Source: Candidatus Hodarchaeum mangrovi
Lineage (GTDB): Archaea; Asgardarchaeota; Heimdallarchaeia; Hodarchaeales; Hodarchaeaceae
DNA length: 64,000 nucleotides
Direction: 5' to 3'
Assembly (NCBI GenBank): GCA_016839515.1
Contig: JAEOUE010000209.1
Location: 1 to 64,000, forward strand
Shown: positions 39,217 through 47,042 of the stretch, piece by piece
How positions within the stretch are numbered: the first letter of the stretch is position 1
How the letters are laid out: every line of letters starts with the position of its first letter
The notes under the pieces: model-generated
Told to the model about the DNA's origin: nothing
What the model saw: only the letters and a program-made list of their open reading frames with translations
Databases searched by the model: none
Translations under genes and position numbers: made by a program

Positions 39217-40323
39217 TTGCCTATTAATCCGAAATACAAACGTTTAATCGAAATCGGTTCCCTCTTAGTTATAGCAGCAGCAATGGCCCTTGGAATCTCT
39301 ATAGGTTTGAATATTTATCTTGCTGGATCTAGTAACCCACAAGTTGCAGTTACTACAGGGAGTATGTTGCCAGTTTATAATGGCTTTCAGAATGATGATT
39401 ATAGCCCAATTATTCCATTTCGTGGTGATATTTTATTAATTAGAAAAGTTGATCCTGAAAATATTAATGTAGGAGATGTTATCGTCTTTCATCGATCTAA
39501 TAATACAAATGATATCCCTGTTGTTCATAGAATTATTGATAAATGGGAAGTGAACGGAGAATATGTTTATAAAACGAATGGAGACAATAATATCAGATCC
39601 GATAGCTGGATTGTTTATGAATCTAATATAAAGGGTGTTGTGGTTTTCAGAATTCCTCACATTGGTTGGTTTTTAATTCTAATACAGTCAACTGCGGGTC
39701 GAATAATAATTCTTGCACTTGCTATTATTATACTTTTTACAGGAGACGACACAAGTAATGAAACCTCTCAAAAAATCAATAAAAACAGAAGTAAAAATGA
39801 TTTATCTAGTATCTCCAAGATTAATCTACGAGTTTTGTTTCAGCGTAAATATATTTACATCGTTACTGTTATAATAATTCTTTTTTCCTTTTTGAGCTCA
39901 AATTTTATATCTGCAATTATTTCAAAACCCTCAGTTAGTCTATACAGTACTAGTGATACCTCAAGATTAAATAATCTTTTATATTCCACTCAAGAAAGTC
40001 CTATTACAATATCTACTAATGATTATTGGACGCAATGGGATAATACTACTGTATATTTTTTTCCAATACAAATTAAAGTAACTTCTCATGGATTTTTGAA
40101 TAATATACACTATTTTCACATAAAAATCCAAGATATACCTGGTTATTATCAATGGACAATTGTTTATGATTTTATTGGGACCAAAGTATTAGAGGGAGGA
40201 ATTGTTGGATATTTTAACACTACAGGATCTCAACAAGTGTCAGTTATTCTAACAATAAAATCACGAGGGATTTTGGCTTCTTCCATACAATTTTTCTCAT
40301 TTCCTTTAATCCTGTCAATTTAG
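39217..40323 (+). CDS. sec11: Signal peptidase I (Sec11 type) with extra C-terminal TM and beta-rich domain
   Basis: GSM-x-P, GD, VHR, T-x-GDNN Ser-His-Asp motifs; ~190-aa C-terminal extension. Confidence 0.88.
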   Translation: MPINPKYKRLIEIGSLLVIAAAMALGISIGLNIYLAGSSNPQVAVTTGSMLPVYNGFQNDDYSPIIPFRGDILLIRKVDPENINVGDVIVFHRSNNTNDIPVVHRIIDKWEVNGEYVYKTNGDNNIRSDSWIVYESNIKGVVVFRIPHIGWFLILIQSTAGRIIILALAIIILFTGDDTSNETSQKINKNRSKNDLSSISKINLRVLFQRKYIYIVTVIIILFSFLSSNFISAIISKPSVSLYSTSDTSRLNNLLYSTQESPITISTNDYWTQWDNTTVYFFPIQIKVTSHGFLNNIHYFHIKIQDIPGYYQWTIVYDFIGTKVLEGGIVGYFNTTGSQQVSVILTIKSRGILASSIQFFSFPLILSI

Positions 40324-40333
40324 TGATTAATAA

Positions 40334-41089
40334 ATGGTAAATATTTGTTATTTAGTTGGAACAGCTGGATCAGGAAAAACTACTCTTACTTCATCATTGA
40401 TGAGGTTCTTGATTACAAAAGGTGCAACTGTTACTTCAGTAAATCTTGACCCTGCAGTTCAGCATATACCTTATCAAGCAGATATTGACATTCGAGAATA
40501 TATTGATTATGAGCGTCTTGTAGATGAATATCAATTAGGCCCAAATGGAGCAATGATTGCAGCTGCTGATCTGGTTGTAGATTATATTACTGAAATAAAA
40601 GAGGACATTATCGATTTAGGAGAAAGCTCTGATCTCGTTCTTGTAGATACACCAGGTCAAATGGAGCTTTTTGCATATCGTCTTTCAGGTGTAAAATTAA
40701 CACAAAGTTTTCCCACAGATTCCACGCTTCTAGCCTTTCTTTTTGATTCTGCACTTGTCTCAAATATCTCAGGATTTCTTTCTATTAATCTTTTGGCAAC
40801 TTCTGTTCAATTAAGACTGAATATCCCAATTATTCATATTATGACAAAATGTGACTTATTAAAAGAATCAGAAATTGAAAGAATTTTAAACTGGCGAGAA
40901 GATCCTTTTGAGGATATAGAAGAGCTCTATGGATTGACACGTGAATTTGCACTTCGAACAGGTCAAATGATTGAAGATATGGGGGAAATCCCTCTTCTTC
41001 CAGTAAGCGCATTGACTGGTGATGGTCTTGAATTACTTGCTGCTCAATTGAGTCGAAATTTTGTTTCAGGAGAAGATTGGTTAACCTAA
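40334..41089 (+). CDS. GPN-loop GTPase
   Basis: GTAGSGKT, NLDPA, LGPNG, DTPGQ-x-E. Confidence 0.95.
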   Translation: MVNICYLVGTAGSGKTTLTSSLMRFLITKGATVTSVNLDPAVQHIPYQADIDIREYIDYERLVDEYQLGPNGAMIAAADLVVDYITEIKEDIIDLGESSDLVLVDTPGQMELFAYRLSGVKLTQSFPTDSTLLAFLFDSALVSNISGFLSINLLATSVQLRLNIPIIHIMTKCDLLKESEIERILNWREDPFEDIEELYGLTREFALRTGQMIEDMGEIPLLPVSALTGDGLELLAAQLSRNFVSGEDWLT

Positions 41090-41096
41090 GTTATGG

Positions 41097-41489
41097 TCAG
41101 CCACCAATAATCATCCAAATTAATGAGCAAAGCACAATAAATAATATAACATATGTAAAAGTACCAGAAAATAATAACCTTTTAAGATCAATATCTTCCT
41201 GTGATATCTTGAGATAAAACCTAACGAATCCTAAGCACGCAGCAAGTCCCGAGATTAAGAATACAATCCATAAGTCTGGTGGAATACTAAATATTACGAA
41301 TCCTAATCCTGTAAGAGACCCAGATGCAATCCCGAATACTACTTTAGAATAATATAATTTAGTATTTGGAGTAAGGATCTTTTCAATTCGGTTGCTTAAT
41401 TGAGAGGATTCTTCAATTTCAGTATCAACCTGATCTCTTTTTATTCGTCGTATTTTCCTCTGGCTAATATCTCTTCTTTCCTTGCTCAT
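41097..41489 (-). CDS. EMC6/Rab5-interacting-like 3-TM protein
   Basis: Three TMs; G-x-x-x-G helix; terminal G-x-FTY-x-x-LF-x-x-x-x-x-L pattern. Confidence 0.6.
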   Translation of the reverse strand: MSKERRDISQRKIRRIKRDQVDTEIEESSQLSNRIEKILTPNTKLYYSKVVFGIASGSLTGLGFVIFSIPPDLWIVFLISGLAACLGFVRFYLKISQEDIDLKRLLFSGTFTYVILFIVLCSLIWMIIGG

Positions 41490-41687
41490 CTTTTATTCAC
41501 AACGATTTTTAGTACGGTATTCAAAAATTCTTCCCATTAATCAAATTTTTAAGTTTTAATAATAACCCTTTTGCGGAATTCATCAAGGCGATAATATAAA
41601 AATTATTTATCTGCAATATAAAATATCAATCAGATATAAAGAGAAATTAATTAGAGACGCTTTAGAATAAAAAATTGAGCTGATTTA

Positions 41688-42299
41688 ATGAGTTATTCTG
41701 GAGAGTATTTAGTAAAGCTTGCAAGAATAGCAATAGAGACCATTTTAAAAAGTAACAAAGAAACCGTCATTCCAGTTCCAACTGACGCTCCTGAAGATCT
41801 CTTTGATCAATCAGGTGTATTTGTTACTCTTCATAAAATTAAAAATTCCATGCAACATGATCTTCGTGGTTGCATTGGAAGGATAGAGAGCCCAAACAGC
41901 ACTCTTATTCAATCCACTATTAAAAGCGCAATTGATGCAGCTATTAACGATCCTCGATTTCCTGTTGTAACTATGGATGAAATGGGTCAAATAACTATTG
42001 AGGTAACAATTCTTACAGTCCCCGAACTAATCAAAGTTACCAATTCAGATGAATACAAAAATCACATTATAATTGGTAAGCATGGTTTAATTGCCCAGAG
42101 GTCATTATACCAACGCGGTTTATTATTACCACAAGTACCTGTAGAACAAAAATGGGATCTTCTACAATATTTAAATCATGTTTGTTTAAAAGCGGGACTT
42201 CCATCTCATTCTTGGAGGGACATGAAGACCAAAATATATCGGTTTCAAGGATTTATATTTGGTGAAATGTCTCCTAATGGTCCTATTATCATGAAATAA
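41688..42299 (+). CDS. AMMECR1 (AmmeMemoRadiSam protein A)
   Basis: GVFVTL, LRGCIG, DPRF, GLLLPQV, KAGL. Confidence 0.95.
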   Translation: MSYSGEYLVKLARIAIETILKSNKETVIPVPTDAPEDLFDQSGVFVTLHKIKNSMQHDLRGCIGRIESPNSTLIQSTIKSAIDAAINDPRFPVVTMDEMGQITIEVTILTVPELIKVTNSDEYKNHIIIGKHGLIAQRSLYQRGLLLPQVPVEQKWDLLQYLNHVCLKAGLPSHSWRDMKTKIYRFQGFIFGEMSPNGPIIMK

Positions 42300-42313
42300 T
42301 TGGAGTTTAACCA

Positions 42314-43414
42314 TTATTGCTCTAGATAGGAATTGATGTTTATTTCGTACGGTTTATCGTTCGATTTTATTATCTCGATCTTATTCTTGTAGGTACAACA
42401 AGGTAAAGCATCAATTTCTTGAAATAGAGATTTATCTCCAAAATAATGCATTTGAATTGGTCGAATCACGGAAACCTCAAGATTTTTCTCTAAAAAAGTT
42501 AGTGCCTTAAGATTCATTATTTCATTCTTACAATTAAAGCATGTTGGAGATATAATTGTCATAAGGTTTTCTCTGTGCGCAATTTTTTCAGCATATTTTT
42601 CGCAAAAAAATTGACATAGTAAGCAAAGTTCAAATTCTGATTGATTTTCACTTAAGAACTTGGAAATATCTATAAGATATGGATTAGGAAAATATTCTTT
42701 CATAATTAAATGCATATAATCTATATAATTCTCTTTATCAGTTTTGAAGAATAATGGAATGACTTCAACTCCTCGTTTCTTCATCAACCAAGCGGCAAAA
42801 AGTGAACTCGTGTTTGGTCTAATAATTGCCAAAGATTTACCTTGAGATTTGGTAGGAATTCCATCAATTCCTATAATTCGCTTTGTATAATATAATACAA
42901 AATCACCACGAATATCCAAATAAATTTTATAATCAGGATTAGCTAGATCTACTTTAAGGTTAGGGATGTTCGTTTTAATCAATGCTCCTAATTTAGAAGC
43001 AATTTCGAGTGAATTATATGGATGGTTACCTTCCCTATTTACACGTACTGCAAAACTCCCTTCTGCATCAATAATCTCTTTAGAAAATGTTAACCCAAAG
43101 TTTAGGAGGTCCTTTTCATTTGAAGATCCTACAAAAGCGATACTTAAAGAAGAAATTCCGCTGATAGTTTTACTGATCGACTCCGCATATTCATTGATGT
43201 AGGAATCATCATCTAATTCCAATATCAATCGATCTCGATATTCAAAAATCTTAAATCCTTGATTGATACTACTATATTCTTTCAGGGTCTTTTTAAGGTT
43301 TGAAATCATTCGTTTGCGCGTTCGACGACTTTTTATCCCTAATTCTCCCCCTGGACGTATTAAAATTACTTGTTTACTCACTAGAGAAGCTAGACCATTC
43401 ATAGCAAGTGTCAT
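42314..43414 (-). CDS. ThiI-like THUMP-domain protein with degenerate PP-loop
   Basis: GELGIKS-x-x-x-R, FAVR, VDL-x-NPD, G-x-x-G-x-P, AAWLMKKRG; SGGIDS replaced by RPNTSS. Confidence 0.8.
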   Translation of the reverse strand: MTLAMNGLASLVSKQVILIRPGGELGIKSRRTRKRMISNLKKTLKEYSSINQGFKIFEYRDRLILELDDDSYINEYAESISKTISGISSLSIAFVGSSNEKDLLNFGLTFSKEIIDAEGSFAVRVNREGNHPYNSLEIASKLGALIKTNIPNLKVDLANPDYKIYLDIRGDFVLYYTKRIIGIDGIPTKSQGKSLAIIRPNTSSLFAAWLMKKRGVEVIPLFFKTDKENYIDYMHLIMKEYFPNPYLIDISKFLSENQSEFELCLLCQFFCEKYAEKIAHRENLMTIISPTCFNCKNEIMNLKALTFLEKNLEVSVIRPIQMHYFGDKSLFQEIDALPCCTYKNKIEIIKSNDKPYEININSYLEQ

Positions 43415-43748
43415 TCCTGAATTCTTTTCTTGATTTATAATTAAATAATTATTAGTTAATATTGGATTTAAGCGATTTTGACATCTAGTATCTTATATTC
43501 ATTATTTTACTTGGTTAGCTTGTAGGGATAAATAATATTTATTTCACAAATTTAGAACAAATCTTAGTAGCTTTTGAATGTCTTGAGAAGCTTTGTGAAT
43601 AGTAATCATTCAAGTCTTACTTACAAGTATTCAATATCAACCGATTTACTGTTTAAATTGAAAGTAATTGTCCGATTCACTACTGAAACTACTAATCAGG
43701 TAAATTTAAGGATGGAAGCTATAAATTTTTAACAATAAGAGATGAAAA

Positions 43749-43824
43749 TAACGAGCGTGTCAGAGTAACTATAATAATTCATTGAAGAACTCATCCTTGT
43801 CAGGTTTCATCATAACGCCCGTTA
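43749..43824 (-). ncRNA. Dual-guide box C/D sRNA predicted to target 23S rRNA H69 and H71
   Basis: 10-bp terminal stem (one G-U); C box ATGATGA 43807-43813; D' ATGA 43791-43794; D CTGA 43760-43763; guides complementary to CCUUGUCAGGU and AGUAACUAUAA. Confidence 0.88.
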
Positions 43825-43856
43825 TACTATTACTACTAAAAAATTCATTATATCTT

Positions 43857-44273
43857 TTAGGAATCTTCTTCTTCCTCTAATTCCTTTGATGTTTGAATTA
43901 TTTTTGCAACATCAAACCGCTGTTCAAATTTTCTCCAAATTGCATCATGTAATTCTTCATTAATGTTCTTTAAAACCTTCTCAACAACTTTTTTAGCTTT
44001 TTCACGATCAATAGGAAGTTCAGTGAACCCCCACATTGATGCTGGTGCTGCATCAGGATTTTTTTCAATTAGGTAAACAATTCCTTCTTGCTGTTGGAAT
44101 GAAATGTATTTTGGTTGAACAAGAGGACAATCAGTTAATGTATGAACACCAGTAACTGTAAATAAATGATTGCATCTAATTTTGTTTCCACTGGAGGAGG
44201 ATTTAAATGCACAATGACCTTTATCTAAATAATTCCAAGAAGTGGTTAGATTTGAATCTTTCATGGTTTTCAT
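43857..44273 (-). CDS. Mak16/eL28-family protein (ORF-track 5' extension overlaps the tRNA and is spurious)
   Basis: W...HCAFK...C...VTG-x-H...CPL...Y...G-x-x-YL-x-x-K...W...L pattern of eukaryotic Mak16; acidic tail. Confidence 0.8.
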   Translation of the reverse strand: MKTMKDSNLTTSWNYLDKGHCAFKSSSSGNKIRCNHLFTVTGVHTLTDCPLVQPKYISFQQQEGIVYLIEKNPDAAPASMWGFTELPIDREKAKKVVEKVLKNINEELHDAIWRKFEQRFDVAKIIQTSKELEEEEDS

Positions 44274-44301
44274 CTCTTTTTTCCTATATTCAAGACTAAT
44301 A

Positions 44302-44403
44302 AGCCGCTGGGGGGACTTGAACCCCCGACCAACAGATCTCAAGGATATAAGAGAATATTAATATCTTACAAGTCTGTCGCTCTACCAACTAAGCCACAGC
44401 GGC
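44302..44403 (-). tRNA. tRNA-Thr(TGT) with 29-nt intron at 37/38 (44338-44366)
   Basis: GCCGCTG/CAGCGGC acceptor, U73, ACAGA/TCTGT anticodon stem, GGGGG-TTCAAGT-CCCCC T arm. Confidence 0.95.
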
Positions 44404-44667
44404 AATAAATCTTATATATCTCAACTGAAAACTTTTATAAATTTATTTCGACCTCTGAATATGTACAAAGAACCTTTTACATGATTTTAATTTGTCCTTT
44501 AGACTCAAAATAATAGAACATTGGTCTATTAGACAAAAAAGCATGTTTTGCTTCTAATATTCCCGATTTTAGATGAATTTAAATTTGTTTCATTCAATTT
44601 GATTAATTATTTATCATCCTTAAAGATGGGAATTATTCGATTTTGATTCAATATCATTATCTATTAC

Positions 44668-45096
44668 TCAACGAAGCTCTAATATGCGTTTATTTCGGAT
44701 ATAAAGGGTTTTAATCTGTTTATTTCTAGCCATCTTCTTCAAACGATTATCATTAGTGGCAATAATCCCATTTTCTTTTTCAGAATTGAATAATAAAATG
44801 AAATCAACGTTTCGATGCTTGAAAGGAGATGAACGTATTATACAATACTTTTCTACAAAATCCAAGGCTAATTTTGCTTCAATTTTTGTTTTTGGATTCC
44901 CAGTTTCGTAAAGCTTCTGAATTTCTTGAAAAATTGGCTCTAATACTATTAATTGTCTTGATCTAGGAATAACTCTATCTAATTCAGATGATATATTAAA
45001 ATTTGTAAACTGTCCTAATGCCATTAAGAAATTAGTATCAAGAAATATAGGAAGGAAATTTTCTCCATTTGAGGAATTTATTAATTCATCCGTAAT
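44668..45096 (-). CDS. PIN-domain nuclease, Fcf1/Utp24-like; start must lie upstream of the ORF-track ATG
   Basis: In-frame IFLDTNFL upstream of the ATG at 45024; VD and IATND motifs; follows eIF2-gamma as is typical in archaea. Confidence 0.85.
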   Translation of the reverse strand: MTDELINSSNGENFLPIFLDTNFLMALGQFTNFNISSELDRVIPRSRQLIVLEPIFQEIQKLYETGNPKTKIEAKLALDFVEKYCIIRSSPFKHRNVDFILLFNSEKENGIIATNDNRLKKMARNKQIKTLYIRNKRILELR

Positions 45097-46415
45097 TCCT
45101 TGCCTCCATTAATTAATCCCCAACCGATTAATCGCCATCGTCTATCTATCATTCGACTTATGGCAATTCTTGTGCCTAAATCCGAGCAAACTGGTATACG
45201 CAGTTCGATATGTACACCTTTTTTAGATGACTTTATGACTTTCCCAACCGTTTTTGCCGTTCCTACACTTAACATTAAATTTTCATTAGGTTCTATGTTT
45301 TGAACTATGGACTGTGTCTCGCTTCCTACTACACGCTCCATTAATGTTGCATTAAATTCGAGTGTATCCCATATTGGAGGAAGCTGATCTGGATATCCTA
45401 CCACTTGTCCAACCAAGGTATCACTCTTAGTTAGAGCTGGATCTAAAAGTGTTCCAAGTCCAATTAATCCTCCAGGTAGTGCTGTTTCTAATTCTCCAAA
45501 TCCACTCCTTAAGCTGGTAATTTTCGTTTTAATTAATTGCCATTTGTTTCCCCTTCGATACCCAGGACGAATCTCAACCTCATCATTAACAGAAAATTTA
45601 CCTTGGATTATACTTCCTCCGACAACACCACCTTTCAATCCACTTGGAGCTTGACCAGGTTTATTTATATCAAAAGAGCGTGCTACAAGCATCTGAGGTG
45701 CTAATGATCCATCTCGCTTAGGAGTAGGAATTTTCTCTTGGATGTTTTGAATTAGTAGATCAATATTTGATTTATGGATCGCACTAATCGGAATGATTGG
45801 ACTTTCTTTGGCAGAGGTATTTGAAATAAATGTCTTAAGATCTTTATAATTTATTAGAGCATCTTTTTCAGAAACAAGTTCAATCTTGTTCTGACAGACT
45901 ATTACATTTTCCATTCCAATGATGTCCATTGCAGCTAGATGTTCTCGGGTTTGAGGCATTGGAACCCTTTCATTTGCAGCAACTACAAGAAGAGCCCCAT
46001 CCATGATGCTTGCTCCCGATAACATGGTTGCCATTAGAACTTCATGGCCTGGTGCATCAACAAAAGCTACTCTTCGTAATAAAATTGTTTCTTTGCCACA
46101 TACTGGACAAATCTTTGCTGTTGAATACTTTTGCGGACTTTCACAATTTGGACATTCTCGAAATTCACACTCAGCGTAACCAAGGCGAATTGAAATTCCA
46201 CGACGAATTTCTTCACTGTGAGTATCGGGGAACTTTCCTGTTAAAGCTTGAGTCAGTGTTGATTTTCCATGATCAACATGTCCTATCATACCTATAGAAA
46301 CTTCTGCTTGATTAACAACAAGTTTTTCCGAATCTTTTTCAGCTTTATCAGCACTAATGGATTCAGTTGTAGCTGTTTTCTTCTTAGCTGTTGATCGCTT
46401 TTTTCTAGCTGGCAT
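45081..46415 (-). CDS. eif2g: Translation initiation factor 2 gamma subunit
   Basis: GHVDHGKST, RGISIRLGY, Zn knuckle, DAPGHE, QNKIE, WRLIG. Confidence 0.97.
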   Translation of the reverse strand: MPARKKRSTAKKKTATTESISADKAEKDSEKLVVNQAEVSIGMIGHVDHGKSTLTQALTGKFPDTHSEEIRRGISIRLGYAECEFRECPNCESPQKYSTAKICPVCGKETILLRRVAFVDAPGHEVLMATMLSGASIMDGALLVVAANERVPMPQTREHLAAMDIIGMENVIVCQNKIELVSEKDALINYKDLKTFISNTSAKESPIIPISAIHKSNIDLLIQNIQEKIPTPKRDGSLAPQMLVARSFDINKPGQAPSGLKGGVVGGSIIQGKFSVNDEVEIRPGYRRGNKWQLIKTKITSLRSGFGELETALPGGLIGLGTLLDPALTKSDTLVGQVVGYPDQLPPIWDTLEFNATLMERVVGSETQSIVQNIEPNENLMLSVGTAKTVGKVIKSSKKGVHIELRIPVCSDLGTRIAISRMIDRRWRLIGWGLINGGKELRMN

Positions 46416-46434
46416 AAGAAACCTCAAATATAAG

Positions 46435-46815
46435 TTAAAGCAACTCTTCAATAGCTTTTGCTTTACTTGTCTTTTCTTCTATTTTTAGGTTGATTTGATA
46501 GATATCTTCTGAAATCAGGCTACCACGAACTCGTTTTCGTCTTCTTCTTCCTTTACGTTTGGGTTTATATCCAACTGCTCTATGGCCTATCAAAATTCGT
46601 TTCGGGGATCCACCTTCCACCCCCGAAGCCATTGGAAATCCAGATTGATCGGAACCTCCTGTAATTTTCAGTTTATAGCCGTCAAATCCAATTAAACTTC
46701 CATCAATTTCATCACCGATCTTTTTACCAATTAGGTGACGAGTCATACTATCTGCATCAATTTCTTTCTTATAGCTTTGTTTGCTATCGGCTAAATTCAA
46801 TTGAAAACGAACCAT
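46435..46815 (-). CDS. rps6e: Ribosomal protein eS6
   Basis: LKITGGSD-x-SGFPM, RKRVRG, QIN-x-K. Confidence 0.96.
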   Translation of the reverse strand: MVRFQLNLADSKQSYKKEIDADSMTRHLIGKKIGDEIDGSLIGFDGYKLKITGGSDQSGFPMASGVEGGSPKRILIGHRAVGYKPKRKGRRRRKRVRGSLISEDIYQINLKIEEKTSKAKAIEELL

Positions 46816-47042
46816 TTTTTCATCACTTGTAGATTGAACAGATTAATAAGCGTAAATAAACCTAGTTATTTATTTCACATTTGTTAATAAGTTCTAAACG
46901 TTATAGAGGAATTTAAGTTAACGATTCTTAATAGTTATTATACTTTTGATTAGGGCTTCTCCTTATCTACAAAAATGTTAGATTTGTTCTACTATGTGAT
47001 TTATGATGGAATCTGTAAGTATAATATTTGTGAAAAATATTA

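Noticed and set aside
44274-44342. N-terminal 23 codons of the 161-aa ORF
   Set aside because: They run through the tRNA-Thr gene; the true start is ATG 44273 or 44264
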